Origin: a virus
Taxonomy: Duplodnaviria > Caudoviricetes
Virus record (IMG/VR): IMGVR_UViG_3300021082_000012
Location: 1-43,473 of that record
Length of the DNA: 43,473 nt
Strand: one strand, 5' to 3'
Shown here: piece after piece, positions 18,646 through 27,535 of the stretch
Numbering within the stretch: position 1 is the first letter of the stretch
Layout: every line of letters begins with the position of its first letter
Notes under the pieces: model-generated
Database searches by the model: none
Told to the model about the DNA's origin: nothing
Seen by the model: the letters and a program-made list of their open reading frames with translations, nothing else
Translations under genes and position numbers: made by a program

Positions 18646-18930
18646 ATGAGCTACCGTTACCTCGTCCCGCCCATCGTCAACATGAACGGCACCTCACGCC
18701 AGGAGCTGCTCGACCAGCAACTTGAGGTGCTGCTGGCGCTCGACGTGCTGATCTCCAGAATGCGGCAGGCTGCGCCCAACGCCAGGGATTTTCAGCCCCG
18801 CCCCCAGGAGTACATCCCGGCCCGCGAGGCCTGGAACGAGCGGGTCGAGGCCCTGATCGAAATGAAGGGCCAGCTCGCCTCCAACGCCTACTGCATCTCG
18901 CAGCAGGGAGGCACTACATCCAAGGGATGA
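18646..18930 (+). CDS. Hypothetical early protein
   Basis: MSYRYLVPPIVNMNGTSRQELL; GGAGG RBS. Confidence 0.6.
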   Translation: MSYRYLVPPIVNMNGTSRQELLDQQLEVLLALDVLISRMRQAAPNARDFQPRPQEYIPAREAWNERVEALIEMKGQLASNAYCISQQGGTTSKG

Positions 18931-19340
18931 CAGACCTCCCAGCCAACCTCGCCCAGGCCTGCGAAGCCTGGGCGAGGCTTGAGGCCCACCTCATAGAGTA
19001 CTGCGGCTTAGGGCAGGGCGCGCTCCTCGAAAGGGAACGCCCTGCCCTCATTCGTCTTATCGTAGCGGCGCTAGACGGTTCCCCGCCTGCCCCGGCACCC
19101 GTCATCGCTGCTGCCCCCCACCTTGAGCCTCCAGCTCCCCAGCTCCCGGCCAGGGTGGGTGAGGCGGTCTGGTATCGCGGCATCGACCTCCCGGCTCCTG
19201 ACCTAGCAGCAGCCAGAGCAGACGGTCCCGGCTTCGACTGCCGCCAGTGCGGTCGCCGGGTACGCGGCGCACGGCATAGTGACCCCAGGCTTCTTTGCCC
19301 AGCTTGTACGCTGTCAGAAGGCCACTCATCAGCAGGATGA
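18927..19340 (+). CDS. Hypothetical protein with CxxC...CxxC
   Basis: ATGA-coupled; CRQC and CPAC; overlaps 3' end of an opposite-strand ORF. Confidence 0.4.
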   Translation: MTDLPANLAQACEAWARLEAHLIEYCGLGQGALLERERPALIRLIVAALDGSPPAPAPVIAAAPHLEPPAPQLPARVGEAVWYRGIDLPAPDLAAARADGPGFDCRQCGRRVRGARHSDPRLLCPACTLSEGHSSAG

Positions 19341-19782
19341 GCAGCAGTCCGGTCACGCTGACCGGAAAACCCTCCGCAATTGCGTGTGTGGCGGAATGTG
19401 ACGCAACCTCGGATTTTAAATCGGCAATTATCGGGGAATTAAAATCGGCGGCAAATCGCCGTGGGGTAAACTCCGGTGAGTTTACCCCACGGTCGCTGAA
19501 AACCCAAGTCATTGCCGGTGCCAGACCCCCCTCCGCAATTGGTGGGGGGTCTGTACCCAATTGGTGCTTGACCCCCTGCGGGGGGTTGCGTTTGGAACCT
19601 TTTTTTTCGTTCCTAAACGCAACCCCCCAGCACCGCCTGCCCTTGCCATCGCCGTGCCAGCGCAGCCCATAGCCATAGGCCGCCCTGGCCTCCTGATGCG
19701 TCAGGCATGCGCTAAAGGCTTGAGAAGGGGCGGAAGCCGCCAGCAGCCCGATTAGCAGCGTCCTGATCGTTCTCCCGGTCAT
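19102..19782 (-). CDS. Hypothetical exported protein (3' half doubtful)
   Basis: Signal-peptide-like N-terminus and CLTHQEAR...LRWHG...CW; remainder crosses a hairpin cluster. Confidence 0.35.
   Translation of the reverse strand: MTGRTIRTLLIGLLAASAPSQAFSACLTHQEARAAYGYGLRWHGDGKGRRCWGVAFRNEKKGSKRNPPQGVKHQLGTDPPPIAEGGLAPAMTWVFSDRGVNSPEFTPRRFAADFNSPIIADLKSEVASHSATHAIAEGFPVSVTGLLLILLMSGLLTAYKLGKEAWGHYAVRRVPGDRTGGSRSRDRLLWLLLGQEPGGRCRDTRPPHPPWPGAGELEAQGGGQQR
19370..19628. repeat. Cluster of inverted and direct repeats
   Basis: 15-bp perfect hairpin 19459-19492; hairpins 19522-19553, 19571-19586, 19580-19628; ccctccgcaattg at 19370 and 19529. Confidence 0.85.
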
Positions 19783-20128
19783 CTGCCTGCCCTTCCGCTG
19801 GGGTGACGGGTAGCTGCGAGTGCAGATACGGCTGCCCTATGGTCATGATGTTGTGCAGCACAGTCCTGACCTCGGCGGCCTGCCGCACGGCATGGTCGCG
19901 CTCGGCCTGGAGGGTCGCCATGCGGCTGTCGCGTTGCGCCTCCATGCTGGAGTGGGCCTCCAGGGCCACCTTGTAGCCCGCGATGTCGCTTTGCAGCTCG
20001 CCCACCTTCCGCAGCAACTGGTCGCGTTCGTGCGCCACCTCCTGATAGACCCGCTGCGCCTGCTCGATCACAGCCTCCCGTGCCGCCGGTAGGTTTACCG
20101 GCACCGGGTTCACGCCATTGCCTTCCAT
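19712..20128 (-). CDS. Hypothetical coiled-coil protein
   Basis: 138 aa, TAATG-coupled, GGAGG RBS. Confidence 0.55.
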   Translation of the reverse strand: MEGNGVNPVPVNLPAAREAVIEQAQRVYQEVAHERDQLLRKVGELQSDIAGYKVALEAHSSMEAQRDSRMATLQAERDHAVRQAAEVRTVLHNIMTIGQPYLHSQLPVTPAEGQADDRENDQDAANRAAGGFRPFSSL

Positions 20129-20790
20129 TACTTGCCCTCCTGCTTCCTGCCCAGCGGAGTGCCGCGCAGTATTTCGTCCATGTCCTCCCAGGGGTCGTCC
20201 AGCCGCTCGGCCCGGCCTGGAATAGCCTCCAGCGGATCACGCGGCCTGCGGGTTCGTACCACCCTGGCCCCAGGCCACTGCACCTTGGCCTTGAGCAGCG
20301 CCTCGCTGGCCCACAGCACCTGGGCGATCTCGTCCAGGGTGTAGACCGCCTGCTGCCTGCCTTCCCGTGTCCTTGGCCCTGCTATCCTGGCTGCGTGGGC
20401 CGTGGTACGGCAAATGCTGATGACGGTGCCGTCAGGTGCCGCCACCTCCCAAACCTCCTCTGGCAGCCTCCCTGCGCCGCTGACGATGGCCTCCTGATTG
20501 AGGGTGCGCCACGCCAACAGCATACGGTGGCCCTCTCGCTGCACGTCTTGCAGCGAGCCGTGCGTGATGGCTGCGTTCAACTTGAACCTTTGCCGGTCGA
20601 ACCGCTCCCGCATGTCCTCTGGGACGAGCAGCCTGAGACGGTCGCAGCCCCAGTATGCTTCCATCTCCTGGGCCAGGGCGTCTACGCCGTCCAGCACGGC
20701 TCGACCGCTCAGATACGTCGCGTAACTCTGTTCCCATTCCGCCGCCACTGCTCCTGGGTTATGCTCGGCCTTCTTCTTTGAACTAGGCAT
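20128..20790 (-). CDS. Conserved hypothetical protein downstream of primase
   Basis: ME..WG.DRL..LV...RERFDRQ pattern; strong RBS before ATG 20790. Confidence 0.65.
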   Translation of the reverse strand: MPSSKKKAEHNPGAVAAEWEQSYATYLSGRAVLDGVDALAQEMEAYWGCDRLRLLVPEDMRERFDRQRFKLNAAITHGSLQDVQREGHRMLLAWRTLNQEAIVSGAGRLPEEVWEVAAPDGTVISICRTTAHAARIAGPRTREGRQQAVYTLDEIAQVLWASEALLKAKVQWPGARVVRTRRPRDPLEAIPGRAERLDDPWEDMDEILRGTPLGRKQEGK

Positions 20791-20836
20791 TTTATCCTCT
20801 CCTCCTGTTGTGATGGAACTCGCTCCACTTGCCGCC

Positions 20837-20998
20837 AAAACCGTACAGCTTAAGTTGGAAATCACTGGTCCTTGCGCCATGCGCGCAAGGAATGGCGCGC
20901 TTTGCGCCATTGATTTCCAACTTGTACGGTTTTTTTTAATGGCGCAGCCTTCCCTCGATTTTGCGCCATTGGAACTTTTAATGGCGCAGTTATCCACG
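20837..20998. repeat. Iteron-like array, candidate replication origin
   Basis: Six alternating TTGCGCCAT/AATGGCGC copies (20872, 20891, 20902, 20938, 20961, 20980), a flanking inverted repeat and a T-tract. Confidence 0.6.
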
Positions 20999-23287
20999 GG
21001 TCATACTTCCCGGTCGTTTCGTCAGCACTGAACGGACACCTTTCCTATCTTTTCGCAGAACTGGATCGAAGTAATCGAACACGTCCAGTGTCCCGTTCTT
21101 GATCCATTTTCCGGTCAGTTTCCTGGCTGCCTTGTTGCTGCACCCCAGCAGCTTCTCCAGGGCGTGACCCACCCACCGCTTGCTGTCGGCACCGGACGCC
21201 CTGGGCGCGTAGAACTGTCCCGTGGCGTTGCCCTGCTCGTCCGCGATGCCCTTGTCGATTGCATCGAGCGCCGCATTGAGGTCAGCCACGGTAATGCCTT
21301 CCATCTCGTCCGGTGGCTTCCAGCTCAGCAGCACCCCCACCTCGTCGCCGGGCAGGAAGGCTGTGGCATTACCGACATCCCGGCTGACCTTCTCAAACCA
21401 GCGCACCTCGCCCTTGCGGGAGTAGTTGGCCTTGCCGTCGTCGTAGCGGACGTAGTCGGCCCGGCGTTCTGGATCGACCTCCATGCCGTCAGCCTCGTCC
21501 TCGGTCATGGTGAACAGCGTCCCCACCACGCGAGCGATGCCCACCATCGCGCCGCCGCCACGGCTCGCGTCCGCATCGCCCGCCATGCCCGCCGCGTATT
21601 TCTTGGTGTGATGAACAAGCCAGAGCGCGATGCCGCAGCGCCGCGCCACCTCGCGCCAAAGCACACCGGCCCATTTCACCTCGCTGTTGCTGTTCTCGTC
21701 GCCCACAAACGTCTCGGCAAACGGGTCCACCACCAGCAGGCCGTAGGCCTTGGCCTGGATGGTCATCACCAAATCCTCGACCAGGGGCGTTCGCACCACG
21801 GTCTTTGACCTGTTGTCGGCCTTGGCAATGACGATGCTCTCAGGCACCGCCACCAGATCGAGCCAGCCGTCGAGCTGCGACTGCGCTATGCCCATCTCCC
21901 TGGCCGCCACCACAAGGCGGCGCTTCATCTCATCGAGGTCGTCCTCGCTGTTGATCACCAGCACCTTCTGCCGCCCACGCGGCTGCCAGCCGCCCCAGGA
22001 CACCCCTGCCGCGACCGCTATGGCCATCTGGAGCGTGAGAAGCGACTTGCCTGACCCAGGCGGCGCTACGAGGATAGACACGCTCCCGCACAACAGCAGA
22101 CCCGGCACGGACCATCGCCTGGGCGGTATGGTGGCGGCATCGATGGGGAACGCAGCGTGAACGGCAATGGGCGTGGCTGGGCGCGGCATCGGCCCGGTAA
22201 TGCCGGGAATTACCGGGCCATCGCCGGGATTGACATTGGGATTAGGCACCTTGGCCTTTTCGGCCACGTCGCTGTCCCACTTGGCCATCAGGCGCTGCCA
22301 CTTGCTCCACCACTCCGTTGGCCCGCGATGCTCGGCCTCCAGCGCCTCCCACTTGTTCTGGCCGGGATGCTCCTTCTGCGGCGCTACGCTGCGCTCGTAG
22401 ACCTCGTATTCCGCCGTTGCCCTGGCGTGGTTCTCGGCCTCGCTGGGCCGGTCTGGCCGCTCGCGCCGCCAGTTGACGATGGCCGCATGCACCATGTCGC
22501 GCATGTGCTTTTCGCGGCCCTCCACGATCTCCCGCTCAAGGCCGAAAGCATCCGGCTGCCGCACCGGCCCGGTGGCCTGCTCGATGGCGGCGTTCCACAT
22601 TTGCGATACGGCCTCGACCGGCGTAGGCGCATTCAACTGCGCCCCCAGCGCCGTGGCCCCGTAGCCCGGCTTGGCCCCCGGCGGCACCAGCATGTCGGTC
22701 AGCTCCTCGATGCGGCCCTCCTTCACCGGCCACGCCACTGAGCCTGCCAGCCGCATGACGCGGGAGGGATTGGACACGGTGGGGTCGCCATCCAGCGCCT
22801 TGGCCATTGCCTTCAGCAGGAGCTGCGACTGCGCCGGGTCTGTGATGGGGGTGTCCAGCTTCCACCAGAGCTGCGCCCTGGGAGCCGGGACGAGGCCGGT
22901 CACCACCACCAGGGTGGGCTTCAGCTCGCCGTACTTGGCCTTGGCGGCAGCCACTGTGCCGGGCTTGTCGAGATCGACGTAGGCGCACGTCAGCGCCAGG
23001 AAATCGGCGTCCTTGGCCCTGGCAAAGGGTGCCGTGCCGGGCTGGCGCAGGGCGGCCCCGATATAGACGTTGCTGCCCTGGCTGTTCTTTGCCACGGCAT
23101 GCTCGACCAGCAGCTTGAGCCGGTTGGCGGGATAGAGCTGGCCCTGGTTGACGGCCCGCTCGCCGGGCTTGTTCCAGGCCAGCTCTATGAGGCCATGCTG
23201 GAGCGCGCCCAGCTCGCCGCCAAACAGGTGTTCGACGTGCGCCAGCATGCTGGCGCTGGACGGGACGAGCGGCATGGTGCTATCCAT
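20990..23287 (-). CDS. RepB-type DNA primase fused to AAA_25 (RepA-like) helicase
   Basis: YVDLD, QLWWKL, GDPTVSNPSRVMRLAGS (RepB primase); APPGSGKS Walker A, LLVVDPF Walker B, LVHHTKK, SRGG. Confidence 0.85.
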   Translation of the reverse strand: MDSTMPLVPSSASMLAHVEHLFGGELGALQHGLIELAWNKPGERAVNQGQLYPANRLKLLVEHAVAKNSQGSNVYIGAALRQPGTAPFARAKDADFLALTCAYVDLDKPGTVAAAKAKYGELKPTLVVVTGLVPAPRAQLWWKLDTPITDPAQSQLLLKAMAKALDGDPTVSNPSRVMRLAGSVAWPVKEGRIEELTDMLVPPGAKPGYGATALGAQLNAPTPVEAVSQMWNAAIEQATGPVRQPDAFGLEREIVEGREKHMRDMVHAAIVNWRRERPDRPSEAENHARATAEYEVYERSVAPQKEHPGQNKWEALEAEHRGPTEWWSKWQRLMAKWDSDVAEKAKVPNPNVNPGDGPVIPGITGPMPRPATPIAVHAAFPIDAATIPPRRWSVPGLLLCGSVSILVAPPGSGKSLLTLQMAIAVAAGVSWGGWQPRGRQKVLVINSEDDLDEMKRRLVVAAREMGIAQSQLDGWLDLVAVPESIVIAKADNRSKTVVRTPLVEDLVMTIQAKAYGLLVVDPFAETFVGDENSNSEVKWAGVLWREVARRCGIALWLVHHTKKYAAGMAGDADASRGGGAMVGIARVVGTLFTMTEDEADGMEVDPERRADYVRYDDGKANYSRKGEVRWFEKVSRDVGNATAFLPGDEVGVLLSWKPPDEMEGITVADLNAALDAIDKGIADEQGNATGQFYAPRASGADSKRWVGHALEKLLGCSNKAARKLTGKWIKNGTLDVFDYFDPVLRKDRKGVRSVLTKRPGSMTRG

Positions 23288-23328
23288 TGGGAAGGCCTTT
23301 GTTGTTGATCGCAGCACAGGTTGAAAGC

Positions 23329-23360
23329 AGGCCGGGGTGCTTCCGCAAGCGCCCCGGCCT
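23329..23360 (-). terminator. Hairpin between SSB and primase genes
   Basis: aggccggggtgctt / aagcgccccggcct arms, 14 bp with one wobble. Confidence 0.5.
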
Positions 23361-23371
23361 TTATCATTCAA

Positions 23372-24190
23372 TCAGCCGAAATCGCTGGCCGACACTGTCC
23401 GCTGCTGTGGCTGCTGCGGCGCTTGCTGCTGTGGCTGTGCGTCCCACGGCAGGCTGCCGTTCTGCTGTGGTGGCGCTGCCCGCTGGCCGCCGGTCGAAGG
23501 TGCGGCTGCACCACTGCTGAAGCCCTGCGCCGTCGAGGTCAGCCCCACGTTCTGCTGAGCCTGCTGCGGTGCAGCCTGCATCTGCTTCTGCGCCCTGGGG
23601 ATGAACACTAGATCGCCGCGTGGCTGCCAGCCTACCAGCTTGAACTGCGGCTCGTAGTTGGTGCTTTGCCGGATGCCCTGGCCGGTCGTCAGCGGAATTG
23701 TCCCAGTCAGGACAATGACCGGCAACAGTCCGGGGTTCTGGTCGCGCTGCGCCTTGTACTCGCGATAGACCGCACCGAAACCGCTGCGGAAGGCATCGGC
23801 GGTGCCGGTGATCTCGCGGATTGGCTGCTTGCCCTGGGCGCATGCCGTAGACAGCTTCAACATGAAGCGGACGCCGGATTTGTGGTCAGGGGTTGGCTTG
23901 GGCGGGAGCTGATACCCGTGCGGCACCAGCACCATGTTTGGGGCTTGGCCGGGAATGAACAGCATCCACCCGGTTTCGATGTTCTCGAAATCGACAATCG
24001 CCGTGAATTGCGGGTCTGTGGTGATGTCGGTTTTAGTTACGCCAAAGTTGCCGCTGGCGTCCTGGCCACGGTCGTCGCGAAACATGCGACCGGCCTTGGC
24101 ATCGTAGCGGCAGATGACGGCGAACGGCTCGCCGTTGTTGCCGCCGCCGCCGCTCCGCAGGGGTAGTCCGAAAGCATCTACATTCGACAT
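23372..24190 (-). CDS. Putative single-stranded DNA-binding protein
   Basis: RYDAKAGR, DFENIETGW, NY.P.F...GW..R motifs, Gln/Pro tail ending SDFG; next to nuclease and primase. Confidence 0.55.
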   Translation of the reverse strand: MSNVDAFGLPLRSGGGGNNGEPFAVICRYDAKAGRMFRDDRGQDASGNFGVTKTDITTDPQFTAIVDFENIETGWMLFIPGQAPNMVLVPHGYQLPPKPTPDHKSGVRFMLKLSTACAQGKQPIREITGTADAFRSGFGAVYREYKAQRDQNPGLLPVIVLTGTIPLTTGQGIRQSTNYEPQFKLVGWQPRGDLVFIPRAQKQMQAAPQQAQQNVGLTSTAQGFSSGAAAPSTGGQRAAPPQQNGSLPWDAQPQQQAPQQPQQRTVSASDFG

Positions 24191-24642
24191 TATGTCGTCT
24201 CCATGAACGCAGCGACAGGCTCGCTGCCAGCCACACCGGATTGTCCCGGTATTGGACGAGTTGTTTCCGGCGCGACCTCGGTAGGCCCGCCGGATGGTCC
24301 GACACGCATGTACAGGCACTGGCGTCGGGCGTGGCCGGGCTTGCGCTGGTTTGGCACACGCCCCAGCTCCCCCAGCTCGCGCAGCAGGCCCTTCCGCTTG
24401 CAGTGACCCAGGCACGAACCCCAGGCATTGGGATGCTTTGGCTGTACGCCGGTCCACGCCTTCATGATGGTTTCGTTGTTGCCGATCCAGCCCAGCGGCA
24501 GCGCCAGGACGTAATGAAAATACTGGTACGAGAACGTCGGGTTGTTCTCGGCCACCCGCTTCATGCCTTCGTCGCGCAGCCTGACGCTCTCGGCGTAATC
24601 GAACAGGTCGTCCTCGTCGTCGCCGTCGTCTTCGTCCGACAT
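24190..24642 (-). CDS. Hypothetical protein
   Basis: 150 aa, HPNAWG and HARR motifs; coupled to neighbours. Confidence 0.55.
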   Translation of the reverse strand: MSDEDDGDDEDDLFDYAESVRLRDEGMKRVAENNPTFSYQYFHYVLALPLGWIGNNETIMKAWTGVQPKHPNAWGSCLGHCKRKGLLRELGELGRVPNQRKPGHARRQCLYMRVGPSGGPTEVAPETTRPIPGQSGVAGSEPVAAFMETT

Positions 24643-24643
24643 T

Positions 24644-25375
24644 TCAGATGCCCCAGATGCTGTATGCCAGCGCCCGCGCCGCTGGCGGCGTCCAATAAAA
24701 AGCGTCCAAATCAGGTACCGTAATGTCTACGAAAAATTGCGGGTCGTCACTAAGGCTTCTGAATTTTTCGATGCGCTTGGCAATCTGTACCAGGGCTTGT
24801 CTGTGTTCGCTTATGTTCTCCAACATATAGACTTCTAATTTGCGGGGCGTCACATAGGCGATGCGCGCCTCGGTATTGCCTCCGGTGTAGTGCGCCACTT
24901 GCCGGGCGTGGCCGTTCTTTATCTGGCCCGGCATCTTGTCGCTGGTTTTCAAGTCGAGCAGGATGCCGTGCTGCGCCCACTCGAAATCATAGAAGCCCAG
25001 CATCGGCAGCGTCAGGCCCTCGTAGCGCATCTCGATCTTGCCCTGGGTGCCGGTGGGTGTCCCGTATTGCCGCAGCTCGGCCAGTGCCGCCGTCACCATG
25101 TCGGGAATGGTGGCGCGAAACTTGTCGCGCCTCGGATCGCCGCTCAGCACCGTCAGCGTGTCGTACTTGGTCAGCGCCACGTCGATGCAGTCCTGCACCG
25201 GCTGGTCGAGGTTCTTCAGGCCGCACGTCACGCCGTCTTCGACGCCAACGCCGCGATGCGCCGCGATGGACACCGGCTGCTTGTGGCCCAGGATTTTCTC
25301 GGCCACCCACATGGATTGCTGGGCAGCAAACAGGTTGCAGCCGGATGGCGAGTGATGGTCATAGGATGGCAACAT
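24644..25375 (-). CDS. PD-(D/E)XK exonuclease
   Basis: HHSPS, RG..VE, GFYDF...LLDLKT, H.RQVA.Y. Confidence 0.8.
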   Translation of the reverse strand: MLPSYDHHSPSGCNLFAAQQSMWVAEKILGHKQPVSIAAHRGVGVEDGVTCGLKNLDQPVQDCIDVALTKYDTLTVLSGDPRRDKFRATIPDMVTAALAELRQYGTPTGTQGKIEMRYEGLTLPMLGFYDFEWAQHGILLDLKTSDKMPGQIKNGHARQVAHYTGGNTEARIAYVTPRKLEVYMLENISEHRQALVQIAKRIEKFRSLSDDPQFFVDITVPDLDAFYWTPPAARALAYSIWGI

Positions 25376-25850
25376 TCAACAGTCCCTTCGTGGTTGCGTA
25401 GTGATAGGCAAGCAGAGCTGCTTCAGCTCGGCCCGCGTCCTTCTTGCGTCCGAATACGATGGCGTTGGCCGGGAATAGCCGCATGGCCATGCCCCGGCTC
25501 TGGTCTTTGTTGTCCTTGCCGCCGGTCAGCTTCATCGCCTTCTTCCAGCTTGCTGGCGTGATGAGAACCTGGGGGACGTGGCTGAGCGCGCACACCACGC
25601 GAGCCGTGGTGTAGGCGGCGGAAAACCGCCACGCCTGCATGACGCCGTCACGGGGGAAGGGACCAACGCGCTCGATGATGGCGATGCCGGGTTCGTGCAG
25701 CTTGATGAGGTCGCGCAGCGCAGAAGCATCCACGCTGCTCTCGACCACCGGCATGTCGTAGACGGAGACGCGGTCCCGCGTCAGCGGCTCTGGGAAGTAG
25801 AACGCTATCGCTCCCGTCAGGCCGGGATCGATGGCCATGATGCACGTCAT
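25359..25850 (-). CDS. RuvC-like Holliday junction resolvase
   Basis: IMAIDPGLTGAIA, IIERV, P..WKK, K..SR..A..LFP, GRAEAALLA. Confidence 0.85.
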   Translation of the reverse strand: MTCIMAIDPGLTGAIAFYFPEPLTRDRVSVYDMPVVESSVDASALRDLIKLHEPGIAIIERVGPFPRDGVMQAWRFSAAYTTARVVCALSHVPQVLITPASWKKAMKLTGGKDNKDQSRGMAMRLFPANAIVFGRKKDAGRAEAALLAYHYATTKGLLNVAIL

Positions 25851-26137
25851 TTGCGCCTCCCTAATGTTGCGTCAGTGACGCGGCCTGAGTTGGTCTTGAA
25901 GCGATTGGCAATCTGCTGCATCGACAGGTGCGGGTGGGCGCGCTTGTAGTCGCGGAGCTGCCGCTTCAGCTCTGGTGTGTAGGCCCGCGACCGCACCCTG
26001 GTGACTGGGTTGCCCCTGCGCCGGTACAGCTCCTTCTCCAGCTTGCGTAGCCTGTCGGCGAACGGTCGCGTGTAGGGATACTGCATCAGCTCGGCCACCA
26101 GCTTCATCAGCTCACGGCGCACCTCTGGGATTGTCAT
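25847..26137 (-). CDS. Hypothetical protein with C-terminal HTH
   Basis: MTIPEVRREL...HPHLSMQQIANRFKTNSGRV; TGATG-coupled. Confidence 0.6.
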   Translation of the reverse strand: MTIPEVRRELMKLVAELMQYPYTRPFADRLRKLEKELYRRRGNPVTRVRSRAYTPELKRQLRDYKRAHPHLSMQQIANRFKTNSGRVTDATLGRRK

Positions 26138-26565
26138 CAGTGTCTCCCCATTGCCGGGTAGGCGATGCGCGAATGTTTGTAGCAGTAGACACTGCCCTCG
26201 ACCGGCGGGATGCCGCAGTACAGATACGGCGGCAAGCCCTCGGTCACCGGCCAGCGGCATGTGCGATGGTCGAGCTGCATGATGGTGACCTTGCCCCATG
26301 TCACGCCGGGCTTGGGCGGCTCTGGCTTCGCCGCCGGGTGCCGGTAGGGCTTGCGCTTCCTCTTGTGCGGGCTGCTGGCCCGCTGCTTCTTCTCGGTGCC
26401 GCGCCGCGCCCGCGAGATGCAGGAGTTTTTGGTGAAGACGCGACGAAACCGCGACACCATCCTGTCGGCAATGGCGCTGTAGTTGAGTGGCGGTCGATGC
26501 TGCATCAGCTCAGCGAGATACGCCTTGGCCTCGTCGGTCCAGGGCGAGGTTTCAGTGTCGGTCAC
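26137..26565 (-). CDS. gcrA: GcrA family cell-cycle regulator
   Basis: WTDE...L, S.IA, TKNSCISRARR N-terminal domain; L....CRWP......YCG......YC..H...AY C-terminal domain; GTG start overlaps upstream TGA. Confidence 0.85.
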   Translation of the reverse strand: MTDTETSPWTDEAKAYLAELMQHRPPLNYSAIADRMVSRFRRVFTKNSCISRARRGTEKKQRASSPHKRKRKPYRHPAAKPEPPKPGVTWGKVTIMQLDHRTCRWPVTEGLPPYLYCGIPPVEGSVYCYKHSRIAYPAMGRH

Positions 26566-26843
26566 CGCTTCTTCCTCACCTTGCGCCGGTCGATGGCCCG
26601 CTGGATCGCCTTCCGCAGCCGTGGTGCGCGCTGGCCGCGCATGGCCCACAACTCGTCCGGGGCCGTCAGGCCCATCTTGTTGAGCTGCTTGTGGATAACG
26701 ACCCAGGTATTGGCCGGAAATTTACCTGTGGATCGCCACCAGCTCACCACCTTCCCGTTCGTATCCAGCAGCTCGGCAACGTGCTGGTTGCCGCCCAGCG
26801 CATCGATTACCAAGCCGACTGATGGTAGATTTGACATACTCAC
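26562..26843 (-). CDS. Cro-like HTH regulator
   Basis: VIDALGGNQHVAELL...VVSWWRSTGKFPA; first gene of the leftward replication operon. Confidence 0.7.
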   Translation of the reverse strand: MSMSNLPSVGLVIDALGGNQHVAELLDTNGKVVSWWRSTGKFPANTWVVIHKQLNKMGLTAPDELWAMRGQRAPRLRKAIQRAIDRRKVRKKR

Positions 26844-26849
26844 CCTCTT

Positions 26850-26883
26850 TCTAGATTATTCGGAACGGTCTAGATTATTCGGA
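26850..26883. promoter_or_regulatory. 15-bp direct repeat in divergent control region
   Basis: tctagattattcgga at 26850-26864 and 26869-26883. Confidence 0.6.
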
Positions 26884-26902
26884 TTATGCCGGGAGGTCAA
26901 TC

Positions 26903-27142
26903 GTGATACCCATGACAAAGTTGCCGGGTGTGCCTGACAAGGATGACGTGAAGCCCGGCATGGCGAGCTGGGAAGGCAACGGGCCGAAAGGCAAGTACTG
27001 CGGGAGCTGCGTTCATCGCGGCTACTATTTCGACACTGACTATCATTCTGGTTGCTTCATGTTCTTTCGACAGACTGGTGTGCATGGGCCGCGCATCAAG
27101 CTGCACTACAAGGCCTGCAAACATTACGCGGAGAAAACATGA
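26903..27142 (+). CDS. Small Cys-rich hypothetical protein
   Basis: CGSC...C...ACKHY; GGAGG upstream. Confidence 0.55.
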   Translation: MIPMTKLPGVPDKDDVKPGMASWEGNGPKGKYCGSCVHRGYYFDTDYHSGCFMFFRQTGVHGPRIKLHYKACKHYAEKT

Positions 27143-27465
27143 CAAACGAAGAGATGAACGTGCGCGCCAACTTGGCGGCAGCGGAAGGGCGCATGCTGGA
27201 GGCGGCGTGGATCAAGACCATGCTGGCGTCGGCACCGGACGAGCTGAGCGAGGGACACCTGATGATGGTGCGCGTCGGTTTCTATCGCGGCGCGCAGAGT
27301 GCATTGGAGATCATGCGGCTGGCGGCAGCAGAGAAGGATCATCGCGTGGCACAGACCGTCATGCGCGACATCGCCAAGGAAATGGCGGCGTTCTTCCGGG
27401 TGGCGGCTCAATTCGGCAAGGACATGCTCAAGAAAAGAGAGCAAAACCAGCCAGTTAGGCACTGA
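27139..27465 (+). CDS. Hypothetical protein
   Basis: ATGA-coupled, GGAG RBS; MTNEEMNV. Confidence 0.55.
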   Translation: MTNEEMNVRANLAAAEGRMLEAAWIKTMLASAPDELSEGHLMMVRVGFYRGAQSALEIMRLAAAEKDHRVAQTVMRDIAKEMAAFFRVAAQFGKDMLKKREQNQPVRH

Positions 27466-27475
27466 ACAAGACAGC

Positions 27476-27528
27476 TTGACAGCCCTGTCTAGTTGTCGGT
27501 ATAAGGTGCCTGTTCATCACAGCAGGAG
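27476..27528 (+). promoter_or_regulatory. Sigma70-type promoter P3
   Basis: TTGACA(27476)-18-TATAAG(27500) then CCTGTT-CATCAC-AGCAGG-AG. Confidence 0.8.
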
Positions 27529-27535
27529 CTACCTC

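Noticed and set aside
20791-20997. N-terminal extension of the 20128-20997 ORF
   Set aside because: Runs through the repeat array; the strong RBS sits before ATG 20790
19370-20998. CRISPR or mini-array
   Set aside because: Repeats are short, inverted or irregularly spaced, with no repeat-spacer periodicity
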